Positions 38,544-48,567 of a stretch of 64,000 nt of DNA are shown here, piece by piece. Source of the DNA: a virus. Every line of letters begins with the position of its first letter. Positions within the stretch are counted from its first letter, which is position 1. A program made the position numbers and the translations under genes. The notes under the pieces were generated by a model. The model did not search any database. It worked only from the letters and a program-made list of their open reading frames with translations, and was not told where the DNA came from. The stretch lies in IMG/VR virus record IMGVR_UViG_3300032229_000759, positions 48,255 through 112,254 of that record; one strand, written 5' to 3'.

Positions 38544-41267
38544 TTATTCGAGATTGTCTACACAACTGTTATCTGATGTAATTTCACCAGCCACGTTTCC
38601 ATAATTGCATGAGCCGCTTACAAACACAGCATTACCTAGTACAGAACCATAATTATTAGAATAGTTGATAAAATAACCAGAAGATTGAATCGTACCATAA
38701 TTGTTTGATCTTGAAAAAAATCCACGATTTAAATCTCCTTGGTTCGTGCTGGAACTAAATGTACCAAACTGTACCTTACCAAAGTTATAACTATCGCTAT
38801 TAAAATAACCTTCTAGCAAAGCTCCAAAATTATTACTGTTAGAAGTAAAATAAGATGTGGTTTTGGTGTTTCCGGCATTAGTAGCATTATTAAAAGTAAC
38901 GACACCCACATTGTCTAGACTGCCACTATTTGTTCCAAAATAGAATGACACATTACCGGATCCAGTGATATTGCCCTCGTTGTTTGCTAAAACCCCACTA
39001 AATGTAACTGTGCCATTTAATTTAATGTTATCTTTATTTTTACTGGAGTCATTAAACAATAAATTATTAGCATTATTAATACTACCTAAATTAATAGAAT
39101 AATTATAAAATTTAATATTTTTTTGTTGAGACTCAATACTTGATAAGTTTTGACTATAATCAAAAAATTCTATAATAGAACCGTCTATATCTGACTTATT
39201 AGATGAAAAATTATAAAATTTAGCCCTAGATAAAATGTTACCCTCGTTAATTCCACTATTAATAAAAGTACCTAAATCAACTTCTCCTCTGTTGATAGAA
39301 TATAAGCCAAATTGTGCTTCATAACAGGTTTTATAGTTAATAGCATTTTCAGAAAAAAAACTAGCAGATAAACCTGTTCCATAATTTTGACTATTTCCAA
39401 TAAAATTGACTAGGTTCGCCATGCCATAGTTTTTGCTTTCATTTCCAAAAATAGCAGCCTCTATTACGGATCCATAATTCTTACTAACATTATAAAATGA
39501 TCCATTTTTAATTATACCACTATTAACACTACTTCCACTAAAATAACAAAAATCACCCAATCCTTGATTTATGCTGTTGCCATTAAAATACATATTAACA
39601 CCACTGCCATCAACGTCCGACACGGATCTGTCATAAAAATTACCCAGAGACTGTATTTTATTTGAGTTTTTAGATTGATTATAAAATGATCCAGAAAGAC
39701 TGACTATCTTTTTATTAGAACTACTGTCATAAAACAATCCGTGTCTTATGGTTCCAGAATTAATGCCGCTGCTATAGAAATATCCCGAGCCTTGGCTAAT
39801 ATTACCGCTTGCGCCATTATTTGATCCGTTATAAAAATATATTTGTCTACCGTTTATTGTTCCTAGGTTATGTGATTGGTTGTAAAAATAAATTAAATTG
39901 GAACCATTAATACTATTATTATTCAAAGCTTTACTATCAAAAGCGATGTTTTTGGCTTGATTAATACTTCCTTTATTTGGAGAGTTTTGAAAAATACAAT
40001 TAGTAATATCTGTAACATTACCCCTATTTTCACAGCCAGATTGAAATATGCATGTATTAATCTGAGATAGATCGTTTTCATTATGAGAATTATTTAAAAA
40101 TTCTATTTTTATACCGGAGCCGGTAATATGTCCATTGTTTGTAGAAAAATCTGAAAACTGAATATTGCAAGTAGCGTCACTAGAAATGTCACCATTATTT
40201 GAAGACATATTAAAATTGATAATACCGATGCCATCTATTGATCCGCTGCTAGCATTTGCAGAATTTCTGAAGTCGCAGGAGCCACTCGTCAAAGTACCGT
40301 GATTGGTGGAATATTCTAAAATTGAATTGCCTAAAACTTTACCATAATTGTTAGCAAAAATAAATTTAGTATTATTTAAAAGCTTGCCATAATTAGATGC
40401 ATTCCCACTAAAAAGACTTAAGCCATCTACAGCTCCATAATTAGTAGAAGATCCTAAAAATTGACTATAGCCAGAAACGATACCGTAATTATTAGAATCA
40501 ATAAAAATAGTAGGACCCACACAAGTACTATAATTATTACTACCAGAAAAAACAACAGGACCACTTAAAACGCCATTATTAGTACTATTAATAAATAATA
40601 GTTTGCCATCAAGAACTCCGTTATTTGTGCTGTTGTCAAAAGTAAAATTACCATATCCACTAGCAATAGATATCGAGTTGTTAATAAAACTAAATGTGCC
40701 ATCCAACAAAATGCCACTATCTTGAATATCGCAAGCGTCGAAGATGCCAGAGGTGCTTTGTATAATATTTTGAAATTGTTCTCTTCTTTTAGTTATGTCT
40801 GTATTAACAAACTGAACAGTCTCTGTGCTGATATAACAGTCTTCGAGTTGCGAATTCAAGATGAGTCCCGACTTAGCTATATCTAATACAGTATGTTTAA
40901 TAATTCCACTATCTATAGATAAAGATGCAATAGACCACTCACACACGCTGTCTGATTCCCAGTGTTCACATAGTATGTAGGGGTCTATAATTAATATCTC
41001 CCCTTCCATTCTCTCGCACCCAAAAGAAAAATAAACCGGGTCTTCTGGATCAATTAATGTACCAGCTATAATTTTTAAATTAGTAAATTCTAATAAAGGT
41101 ATACGATTAAAACATGAATCAATAGATAAATTTAAAATATAATTAGTCGGTATAATGCTTGCATCATCTATTTCATTTCTGGGAATAGCTCGGTTTGGTT
41201 TTGATAACTGATCGTCTTTGTACCAATTATTAGGATTACAAAAGACTGGAGAAGACGGTTGTGTCAT
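38544..41267 (-). CDS. Beta-solenoid repeat protein
   Basis: About 40 imperfect 14-18 aa repeats F-x-N/D-x-S-x-N-x-G-x-I/V. Confidence 0.7.
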   Translation of the reverse strand: MTQPSSPVFCNPNNWYKDDQLSKPNRAIPRNEIDDASIIPTNYILNLSIDSCFNRIPLLEFTNLKIIAGTLIDPEDPVYFSFGCERMEGEILIIDPYILCEHWESDSVCEWSIASLSIDSGIIKHTVLDIAKSGLILNSQLEDCYISTETVQFVNTDITKRREQFQNIIQSTSGIFDACDIQDSGILLDGTFSFINNSISIASGYGNFTFDNSTNNGVLDGKLLFINSTNNGVLSGPVVFSGSNNYSTCVGPTIFIDSNNYGIVSGYSQFLGSSTNYGAVDGLSLFSGNASNYGKLLNNTKFIFANNYGKVLGNSILEYSTNHGTLTSGSCDFRNSANASSGSIDGIGIINFNMSSNNGDISSDATCNIQFSDFSTNNGHITGSGIKIEFLNNSHNENDLSQINTCIFQSGCENRGNVTDITNCIFQNSPNKGSINQAKNIAFDSKALNNNSINGSNLIYFYNQSHNLGTINGRQIYFYNGSNNGASGNISQGSGYFYSSGINSGTIRHGLFYDSSSNKKIVSLSGSFYNQSKNSNKIQSLGNFYDRSVSDVDGSGVNMYFNGNSINQGLGDFCYFSGSSVNSGIIKNGSFYNVSKNYGSVIEAAIFGNESKNYGMANLVNFIGNSQNYGTGLSASFFSENAINYKTCYEAQFGLYSINRGEVDLGTFINSGINEGNILSRAKFYNFSSNKSDIDGSIIEFFDYSQNLSSIESQQKNIKFYNYSINLGSINNANNLLFNDSSKNKDNIKLNGTVTFSGVLANNEGNITGSGNVSFYFGTNSGSLDNVGVVTFNNATNAGNTKTTSYFTSNSNNFGALLEGYFNSDSYNFGKVQFGTFSSSTNQGDLNRGFFSRSNNYGTIQSSGYFINYSNNYGSVLGNAVFVSGSCNYGNVAGEITSDNSCVDNLE

Positions 41268-41282
41268 ATAAATTATATTATA

Positions 41283-42860
41283 CTAGGGTTTAAAATATAA
41301 AGGACCCATATTATCATTTAATAATTTATATTTATGTATAGGATAAAAAGGTCTATAATCTAAATTTTGAGCAGGGAAGCCGTCTACTAGGGACAATGCG
41401 ACTATTAAACCAAATGCTCGTTGTCTGTCTGAGCACTCAAAAGGAACACAAGATCCTTGTTCTGTACAACCTCTGGTCCTGTTTTGATCTTCTGGTAGAC
41501 AGGGCGGTGGGCAATATTGATCTTGACAATCTATAAAATCAGGAGCCCTATTGAATCTTGTTATACAATTTAAGTGACTTTCTGTGATTAAAAAACTACC
41601 CGGAGGAATAGGTCCCCAACTAGGTTCTCCTCCACTATTCCATTCTCCCCAACTATTAGCTATTAAAAAAACACATTCTGGATATTCAATTTTAGTATCA
41701 TCGTATCCTATAATATTATATGTATGATAAATATTTTTATCTGGATAAGTTAAACCTGTTGAGTCCCTCTGGTCTGGAAAACCCACGTTAGTAAATAATA
41801 AAACACCATATCCATTATATAATAAGTCTTTAACACTAGAGATAATATTTGTTGTAACAGCAGATATCGTTCGTGCTCTCTGTACATTTTTAAGATCCTC
41901 TACATTGCCGTATGAATCATAAAAAGATTTTTGAGTGTCTTCTTCGTTTTGTTTTTTAATTTCTATAACAGTATTATTAATATAATCGTAACCATTTAAT
42001 GATTGAAAATGTTTTAGAAACATGTCATTATGACAAGCATAAAAATTAGATCCTGTATTATTAATAAAATTAGCATAACCCCCATAGCTTTTTCTTTTTA
42101 GTATACCTATGTGTTTCAAAATTTTATCAATCCAACCAGACAAAACATTTCCTCCAAATAAATTGTCTTCAGTCGGTACTAAATACGAAAAATCAAACCG
42201 ACTTGTTCCTGGACCTCCACAACATTCATTGATTCTGCGAACACAATCTCCACCACAACAAGGGTTGTCACCAGTATCGTCTTCCGGACAGGCTCCACAA
42301 CTACCGCATATTTTACTCCCATCTTCAGCTAAACCACAGGAGTGCGGCGCTCCAACTGCACCAATAATTGTACCTCCATTTTTTGTATTTTCTATACAAC
42401 TCATATCCCCACAGCCAGTAGCCCTACCAGATAAATTTGTTTCTGATATAATATCTGGTCCTAGCATCATCAAACAATCCCAAAGAGAATTACCACAAAA
42501 ATATTCTAAATATTCCGTCGCCATTCGATGCTCCCATTTAGTATATGACCTACTAGCTTCTATGGCACACGCTCTGGCGAGATCACAGCCGTTTCGTACA
42601 GCATGGGACGTTCCGCTTTTAATAGTGGGTTGAATTTCTGTAAAAGCTCCAGCATCTATAGTGGTCAAAAACTTGTAGGGTAATCCTAATTGGTTAGCTC
42701 CGCTACCATCAATTTTTTGAGAAATTTTATTATAACATGGATACTTCACATGTTTCAAAAATTGTACCATCCTTATCAAGTCATAAGGAGTACCCACACC
42801 CTCATAATTTATACAGGGGTTTAAAGAATATTGATAATATAATTGTTTGGGTGTTAACAT
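41283..42860 (-). CDS. Papain-like (C1) peptidase paralog lacking the catalytic Cys, with Cys-rich inserts
   Basis: Aligns with 44144..45070 (SHAVRNGCD, FLIANSWGEWNSGGEPSWGPIPPGSFLI) but has QPTIKSGTSHA instead of QVTGDCVSHA. Confidence 0.75.
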   Translation of the reverse strand: MLTPKQLYYQYSLNPCINYEGVGTPYDLIRMVQFLKHVKYPCYNKISQKIDGSGANQLGLPYKFLTTIDAGAFTEIQPTIKSGTSHAVRNGCDLARACAIEASRSYTKWEHRMATEYLEYFCGNSLWDCLMMLGPDIISETNLSGRATGCGDMSCIENTKNGGTIIGAVGAPHSCGLAEDGSKICGSCGACPEDDTGDNPCCGGDCVRRINECCGGPGTSRFDFSYLVPTEDNLFGGNVLSGWIDKILKHIGILKRKSYGGYANFINNTGSNFYACHNDMFLKHFQSLNGYDYINNTVIEIKKQNEEDTQKSFYDSYGNVEDLKNVQRARTISAVTTNIISSVKDLLYNGYGVLLFTNVGFPDQRDSTGLTYPDKNIYHTYNIIGYDDTKIEYPECVFLIANSWGEWNSGGEPSWGPIPPGSFLITESHLNCITRFNRAPDFIDCQDQYCPPPCLPEDQNRTRGCTEQGSCVPFECSDRQRAFGLIVALSLVDGFPAQNLDYRPFYPIHKYKLLNDNMGPLYFKP

Positions 42861-42919
42861 AGTTAGCCATAATACGAGATAAGCTATCTATGATATAATA
42901 CACTCTTGTAATATTTTGA

Positions 42920-43168
42920 CTAATTTGTTGTTAGCTTATTATATAACACTAGTGATAAAACAGCCCCTGCTGCACCAGCAAATAAACCGGCTGGAGACAA
43001 TGAATCGTAACTACCTATTAAATATAGAATAGCTCCACCCATATAGGATCCAGCTACGCCTAAAGCTACGGTTTTTATAAATCCAAAATTCTCTTCTCCG
43101 GGCACTATGCTTTTAGCAATAGATCCCACGAATAAACCATAAACACACCACACTAATAAACTAAACAT
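42920..43168 (-). CDS. GlsB/YeaQ/YmgE transglycosylase-associated membrane protein
   Basis: GLFVGSIAKSIVPG...GFIKTVALGVAGSYMGG. Confidence 0.8.
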   Translation of the reverse strand: MFSLLVWCVYGLFVGSIAKSIVPGEENFGFIKTVALGVAGSYMGGAILYLIGSYDSLSPAGLFAGAAGAVLSLVLYNKLTTN

Positions 43169-43559
43169 TTGCTGTCTCCACTAGGGTTTGTAGTTCTTCA
43201 TCCGTGAGGGTTTCTCCGTTGTCTAAAAGACTATTAACTATTGACAAAGAATATTTATTATAATCATCAGGCTTCATTTCTCTTCTTAAGAGTTTCTTGA
43301 TTCTCATTTTAGTAAACCATCCTCGGCGAACACTATACTCTTTTACTTGTTCTCCATATAATGAGTATTTCTCGGATAGTGAGCAATCTTTATTCAATTT
43401 ATTTTTATTGCATTCTTGTAGTATTCTTATCAAAGTAAGTATAATACTAATTATCATCAAAATAGTAAAGGGGTCGAAACTATGATTATCATTCTTAGGA
43501 AGATTAGACTTCTCTAAAACTTTTAATGCAATATTTTTAAGTTGTTCTTTATTATCCAT
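43161..43559 (-). CDS. Single-TM hypothetical protein
   Basis: FDPFTILMIISIILTLIRIL TM segment. Confidence 0.6.
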   Translation of the reverse strand: MDNKEQLKNIALKVLEKSNLPKNDNHSFDPFTILMIISIILTLIRILQECNKNKLNKDCSLSEKYSLYGEQVKEYSVRRGWFTKMRIKKLLRREMKPDDYNKYSLSIVNSLLDNGETLTDEELQTLVETANV

Positions 43560-43561
43560 TA

Positions 43562-43885
43562 TTATTTACCTTGTGGCTTTTTAATAGGGCAAACACCATT
43601 GGGACAATCATTTTTGACTGGGGCAGCCGCGGCTTGAGTTGACAATCCTTGTTCTGGTTCGCAATAATTACACTCTATTTTTTTAATACCATCACCACTC
43701 ATATACCATCCCTTGCCTTTGCAAACGGGACAATCTTTGCGCTTGTGTTTAACAACAGCGTTGTCTGAATGCTTGCTTTTAATAATAGCTCCAGCAAGTG
43801 TTACTGGAGCGGTCGTAGATCCATAATATGGTCCGCTGAACCATAATAATGAAACACCCAATAAACAAATAATGCTTTTATTCAT
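43562..43885 (-). CDS. Exported/membrane protein with DnaJ-type CxxCxGxG finger
   Basis: N-terminal hydrophobic segment, CPVCKGKG, CNYC, C-terminal CPNGVCP. Confidence 0.6.
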   Translation of the reverse strand: MNKSIICLLGVSLLWFSGPYYGSTTAPVTLAGAIIKSKHSDNAVVKHKRKDCPVCKGKGWYMSGDGIKKIECNYCEPEQGLSTQAAAAPVKNDCPNGVCPIKKPQGK

Positions 43886-43886
43886 T

Positions 43887-44090
43887 TTATTTTCTCCATG
43901 GAAGAGGAACTATATTGTCTATAGTATCAACCACTTTTTTAAGAGGTCGTGGACGATTAGGTTTATTTACTGGGGGATTGTCAACTTTAGGCTTTGGAGA
44001 TAGTTTGATTATTAGATTAACCAAACGTTCAAGAACACTTACTATCAGATTTACGAGACCTCGTATTTTTAATCGATCTCTAAGATTCAT
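43887..44090 (-). CDS. Small basic amphipathic protein
   Basis: AAGGAG RBS before ATG 44090. Confidence 0.55.
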   Translation of the reverse strand: MNLRDRLKIRGLVNLIVSVLERLVNLIIKLSPKPKVDNPPVNKPNRPRPLKKVVDTIDNIVPLPWRK

Positions 44091-44143
44091 AGAATACTCC
44101 TTATGGTATATATTATAATACACCATTAATAGCAGTCTAATAA

Positions 44144-45070
44144 TTATAGATAATCATCAAATCCGTAGTCTGGTAGTTTTTGTACAGGAAAGCCGTCAAA
44201 GTTGCTAAATGCGTATGCTCCGTTTTGAGCCAGCATACCTTTTGCTACATCTGCATGGATTAAAAAAGAACCGTCTGGGATAGGACCCCAATCTGGATGT
44301 CCACCGTCGTTCCATTTACCCCAACTGTTTTGAACCAGGAATGCTAATTCTCCATTAGTATCATCGCATGCTGTCCATGCCATAGCATGTGCCCATGAGC
44401 CAGACTGTTTAGCAAAACCTTTTTTATCTCGTGTGCTACTGAATCCATAACTAGAACAAACACTTAATCCATAACCATTAGCTAAAGCGTCTCGTGCTTC
44501 TTCTACTGTTCTTACAAGACTGACTGTTTTTATTTGATGGTCATTTGCTAAATCTATAACGGGGTCTGGCAATCCTCGACCACCCCATCCTGCTCCAAGC
44601 ATACCTTGATACTTAGAAAGATCTACAACGCCCTTATAGTTTTTCCTTACTAAAACACCACCATACTTACTCACAAACTCTGCTGCTCTAGCACAACTCA
44701 TACCCTGTCCGCCGTGTCCACGAGCACCGTAAATCCCCTCTGTTGCGCCCCTGGCTATCCAACTCTCTCTATCTGCATGAACATCAATTTCTACTGCTCG
44801 ACTAATATCACAAGCGTTTCGTGTAGCATGTGAAACACAATCTCCAGTAACTTGTCTTTCATTATAAGGATGTTTATCAAACTTTAAAACACTCTTATAG
44901 GGGGTTGACAACTTGCCTTTTCCTGTGCCGCTTACTCTTCTGCTAGCATCACCAAATAATGGATATTTAGACACCTCCATTAAATGGTCATATACGTGAG
45001 GCTCCCAAAGGCACCCGCTAAATCCTTGACGATACTGATCGTATAATTCTTTTGGAGTAAAACGTGGCAT
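44144..45070 (-). CDS. Papain-like (C1-type) cysteine peptidase
   Basis: Q-VTGD-C, WAHAM and QNSWG give an intact Cys-His-Asn triad plus the oxyanion Gln. Confidence 0.82.
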   Translation of the reverse strand: MPRFTPKELYDQYRQGFSGCLWEPHVYDHLMEVSKYPLFGDASRRVSGTGKGKLSTPYKSVLKFDKHPYNERQVTGDCVSHATRNACDISRAVEIDVHADRESWIARGATEGIYGARGHGGQGMSCARAAEFVSKYGGVLVRKNYKGVVDLSKYQGMLGAGWGGRGLPDPVIDLANDHQIKTVSLVRTVEEARDALANGYGLSVCSSYGFSSTRDKKGFAKQSGSWAHAMAWTACDDTNGELAFLVQNSWGKWNDGGHPDWGPIPDGSFLIHADVAKGMLAQNGAYAFSNFDGFPVQKLPDYGFDDYL

Positions 45071-45561
45071 TATTTACTAGCCTCATTATAAGCCCAGGCT
45101 AAAGCATTAAAACCCTCTACTGCCTTAACTCTTAGGTTAGAAGTTAAATTAATGTTATCATCCCCGATACTTGCTACAATAACTTCTTTAGCTTCTTTGG
45201 GTAGATCAGCATACTTACCCTTGATGTCTAATCGTAGCATAACACCGGCTATGCTATTAGCTTGACGAATTTCATCAGTATTTTTGATTACTAAATCTTC
45301 ACCATCTAGTTGTACTAATCGGCCCAAATCTATGCTTAAGTCTCGTAATCTTTTGAAATCGTTTTTTGAACCATTAGAAGCTTTTAACAAATTAATTACG
45401 TCTTGTGCTTCTTTCTTAACATTTTCATCTGATGGAGATACCAATTCCATGACATCTATATTAGTAGGATTATTATTTCCTCTTAAAAAATTCAAATCAA
45501 ATTTAGACAAGCCTAATATGATTAGTAGACCAGCAATCGCTAGAATAATTTTATTATTCAT
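45070..45561 (-). CDS. Signal-anchored/exported hypothetical protein
   Basis: MNNKIILAIAGLLIILGL N-terminus. Confidence 0.6.
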   Translation of the reverse strand: MNNKIILAIAGLLIILGLSKFDLNFLRGNNNPTNIDVMELVSPSDENVKKEAQDVINLLKASNGSKNDFKRLRDLSIDLGRLVQLDGEDLVIKNTDEIRQANSIAGVMLRLDIKGKYADLPKEAKEVIVASIGDDNINLTSNLRVKAVEGFNALAWAYNEASK

Positions 45562-45932
45562 TTGACTTCACCTTCTTTATTGGCACAGATCGTGGGACTA
45601 AGATAGGGAAACATTTGATCAGCAACCTTCACGGCTTCTGCACAACCATTTTGTACTGCTAGGTCTCTGGTCTGTTTCCAGCTTACGACTAATTTAAAAA
45701 ATGTATCTTCGTTGATTTTAGAAGCTACATTATCAAAAGCTACTGGTGGAATGGTAGGAGTTATTGACTTAATGCCCTTAAACTTATCAACCAAATCCGC
45801 TACTAGTTTTTGAACTGGACTGAGTTTATCTTTAAATAAAACCCATAGTACTAAGCCCATACCGGCATATAGGGCTAGGTCTGTGCCACTCACCCTGCTA
45901 CTAAACTCTTGAAAGCTTTCTGTAAAATTCAT
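45558..45932 (-). CDS. Single-TM hypothetical protein
   Basis: LALYAGMGLVLWVLF. Confidence 0.6.
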   Translation of the reverse strand: MNFTESFQEFSSRVSGTDLALYAGMGLVLWVLFKDKLSPVQKLVADLVDKFKGIKSITPTIPPVAFDNVASKINEDTFFKLVVSWKQTRDLAVQNGCAEAVKVADQMFPYLSPTICANKEGEVK

Positions 45933-45946
45933 TAGATTATTCCTTA

Positions 45947-46375
45947 TTATTTTTCTGATATTCTGGGTTTAACATTAACAAATGCGTTAGCTTTTATAGC
46001 CGGATCAACAAATACGCCAGTATTTCTAAAAGTAGTTACCATCGCGTCAATTGTGGAACTTACCAAAATCATAAGAAATGCTTTGACATACTTATGTATA
46101 ATAGGTTCTAAGAGATTTGGCACAAAGGGAATATCTACTACTATAAAAACACTATCATAGAACTTATTCAATAATTCCATAGCGATAGCTTTTTTATCTT
46201 TACCAGCTAAATCTGACGACGTACTTTCTATGGTCTGAATAATACTAGCAACAGCTAATTGCAAAATTTTCCATGCTTGAGCTAAAGCTACAACTTTAAT
46301 TTCATTCAGAGATATTTTTGCTTGATTTATTAGTTTTTCTAGTTCTAGGTTTATTGCTTCTTTTACTGTTAACAT
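45947..46375 (-). CDS. Hypothetical amphipathic helical protein
   Basis: GKDKKAIAMELL...IPFVP motif. Confidence 0.55.
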   Translation of the reverse strand: MLTVKEAINLELEKLINQAKISLNEIKVVALAQAWKILQLAVASIIQTIESTSSDLAGKDKKAIAMELLNKFYDSVFIVVDIPFVPNLLEPIIHKYVKAFLMILVSSTIDAMVTTFRNTGVFVDPAIKANAFVNVKPRISEK

Positions 46376-46658
46376 CTTTTTTACTCCTATCGTTAATTTT
46401 ATTTGCTATGTTTCGTTCTTGTTGACTTGCTGTATCCCACCAAGTTTTTTTAATTTCTTTTCTACTATTAATATACTTATATAATATTGCTAATTGACCA
46501 CCAATCAAAATCATACTTTCAACACCATGACTGACATCACGAATAAGATCTTCTTTTTGGCTGTTCTCTCCTATTAAACCTATTAGATATAAACCACTAA
46601 AAATAAAGCTTACTGCTGTAAACCAGAATTCGCTTGTACGATAACCCGGCTTTACCAT
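46302..46658 (-). CDS. Holin-like two-TM membrane protein
   Basis: KPGYRTSEFW N-terminal motif common in phage holin-like proteins; two hydrophobic segments; basic tail. Confidence 0.5.
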   Translation of the reverse strand: MVKPGYRTSEFWFTAVSFIFSGLYLIGLIGENSQKEDLIRDVSHGVESMILIGGQLAILYKYINSRKEIKKTWWDTASQQERNIANKINDRSKKDVNSKRSNKPRTRKTNKSSKNISE

Positions 46659-46698
46659 ATTTAATCTCCCAAATGTTACATTATATAATAAACAAAAA

Positions 46699-46896
46699 TT
46701 ATAAAGTATCTACTGATTTCACAAAAATACCATTATAGAATCTGTTGTCATATTTAGCTTCTATTCCACTCATTGCTGGATTATTTTTAACATAATAATT
46801 ATATGTATTATATTTACCTGTAAATGTAGTAGTAGTTACCGAAGAACCATTTTTAACTGGATTACCAGAAACTGCTGTTTTAATATCGTTTGCCAT
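46699..46896 (-). CDS. Small hypothetical protein
   Basis: 65 aa ORF filling the gap between neighbours. Confidence 0.5.
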   Translation of the reverse strand: MANDIKTAVSGNPVKNGSSVTTTTFTGKYNTYNYYVKNNPAMSGIEAKYDNRFYNGIFVKSVDTL

Positions 46897-46901
46897 AAAA
46901 T

Positions 46902-47219
46902 TTACCTTTCTATTCTATCTTCTAGGGCTTCTAAAGTTTTACCAAGAGTTGCTATTTGAATTTTAAGCTCGTTCATGACTTCTGTATTACGTTGTAGTGC
47001 ATTTGCAAAAACTGTTTGATTTTCTTTATTACTATTTAATCTTTCCATAATAAATTGTCTATCGTGTAAATAGGGAGATTGAGTTTCTATCATATGAGTT
47101 ACTTCTGTTTTTGTAGCCATATTTTTACCAATAGACACCCAAAAACCAACCATTGTTACAATAATACCAATGCTTGTTGTTGCTATGTTTTCCCAAAAAT
47201 GTATGATTGTATCACTCAT
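46902..47219 (-). CDS. TM + coiled-coil protein (holin/spanin-like architecture)
   Basis: IGIIVTMVGFWV TM followed by heptad repeats; GGAG RBS. Confidence 0.5.
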   Translation of the reverse strand: MSDTIIHFWENIATTSIGIIVTMVGFWVSIGKNMATKTEVTHMIETQSPYLHDRQFIMERLNSNKENQTVFANALQRNTEVMNELKIQIATLGKTLEALEDRIER

Positions 47220-47235
47220 AAATTTTCTCCATAAG

Positions 47236-47278
47236 AACTAAAAGCCAACGACACTCAAGGCATCATTGGCTTTAAGTT
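47236..47278 (-). terminator. Intrinsic terminator-like hairpin
   Basis: AAAGCCAATGATGC-CTTGA-GTGTCGTTGGCTTT-TAGTT. Confidence 0.65.
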
Positions 47279-47300
47279 AGCTTATTAGTTGTTAATAAAT

Positions 47301-47867
47301 TCAGCCAGTTTTAGCCTTGTAATCATTACCTGTTACTGGGGCGGGTTGGCCTAACTTATAAGTTAATTGACCAGGAACAGCACGACTTGGTGTTGCTGCT
47401 GTGTCTGTTGCTAAAGAATCTGTAGCCACAACAGGGAAACCATTATCAAACTGACCAGTATATCTGTTATACTTGTTAGCTCTAATAGCTGTTGTAAATC
47501 TACGGGTTCTTAACGTTTCTAACTTATGAATACTTCTGACTAAAGCGGGTACATTGGCACCTGATAATAGTGCTGTGTTGCTTACTCCGCCTATTGTAGA
47601 TGTGGTTCTCATAGCGACCCCATCTCTATCTCCGTATGCAAAAGCGCCTCCAGATACAGCTTTATCAGCCGAGCCGTTATCAATTACTGTCGATGCAAAA
47701 ACGCCTGTGTTGTAGCGAGAAACACCTACATTAGTAAGTTTACCAGAAGCTACTGATCCGCCTCTAGCAACAGTTCCTCTATTATTAACAGCCCCACTTG
47801 ATGCGGTATTTGGTGGTACAGAATATGCGTTACCGTTTACTTTTGATATAGCCATTTTGTTCTCCAT
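47301..47867 (-). CDS. Gly/Ala/Thr-rich hypothetical protein, possibly virion structural
   Basis: Composition; followed by a terminator. Confidence 0.5.
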   Translation of the reverse strand: MENKMAISKVNGNAYSVPPNTASSGAVNNRGTVARGGSVASGKLTNVGVSRYNTGVFASTVIDNGSADKAVSGGAFAYGDRDGVAMRTTSTIGGVSNTALLSGANVPALVRSIHKLETLRTRRFTTAIRANKYNRYTGQFDNGFPVVATDSLATDTAATPSRAVPGQLTYKLGQPAPVTGNDYKAKTG

Positions 47868-47898
47868 TAAATGATGAAAATGCTATTATGATAATACC

Positions 47899-48567
47899 CT
47901 AAAAGTTTTCAAAAGTGCTATTATTTTGTGTAATCAGCTCTAATCCATTTAATGAGTTTACTTTTAATCCATACAGATTAGCTTTTTTAATGTTCTGAAT
48001 CTGGCTAATATTCCAAATATTGCCGTTGCAGATAATATTAATGGGTACTTTTTTGTTGATAAGGGCGGAAGCTAGGATATTATCGTTGATATCATCTAAA
48101 GCATATCCTGTTGACGGATATATGGTGTTAATATTATGATCAATTAGTATTTGAGCAACTTTGTACAGTAATTCGTATGTAAAAACCCTGTATTCGAGAA
48201 TATATCTGAGTTCTACACTATATTTTTCACAAATTTCTTTATTGTATTTAATATCGTCTCTAAATTTTTCATACTTACGATTACAAAAATTATATGGTTG
48301 TGCTACCACATTAATAATGGTTGCTCCATTTTTTATTGCTGTTTCTATAGCTGCTCCACGAGTTTTAGTATCTAAAATACCAAATGGATAATCTATAGAA
48401 GAAGCTATTTTAATACCAGTAGTTGAACTAGTCAGTGCTTTAACAAGTCTGATCTGCGGAGCGAATACGCCGATAGTGGAGGGCTTAAAAGTTATAGCCT
48501 GCTGAATATTTTTTCTAATTTCATCATCAGATAATGAAATATCATATATGGAATATTCAATAATCAT
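47899..48567 (-). CDS. DeoC (deoxyribose-phosphate aldolase)-fold protein, catalytic residues lost
   Basis: IDYPFG, AIKNGATIINVV, YILE, IYPSTGY; the Schiff-base Lys is absent. Confidence 0.72.
   Translation of the reverse strand: MIIEYSIYDISLSDDEIRKNIQQAITFKPSTIGVFAPQIRLVKALTSSTTGIKIASSIDYPFGILDTKTRGAAIETAIKNGATIINVVAQPYNFCNRKYEKFRDDIKYNKEICEKYSVELRYILEYRVFTYELLYKVAQILIDHNINTIYPSTGYALDDINDNILASALINKKVPINIICNGNIWNISQIQNIKKANLYGLKVNSLNGLELITQNNSTFENF

Noticed and set aside
38544-41267. DNA tandem repeat, CRISPR-like array or DGR target
   Set aside because: Repetition exists only at the protein level; no reverse transcriptase or template/variable repeat pair seen
47899-48567. Functional deoC auxiliary metabolic gene
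   Set aside because: The Schiff-base Lys and other catalytic residues are substituted, so the gene symbol is withheld
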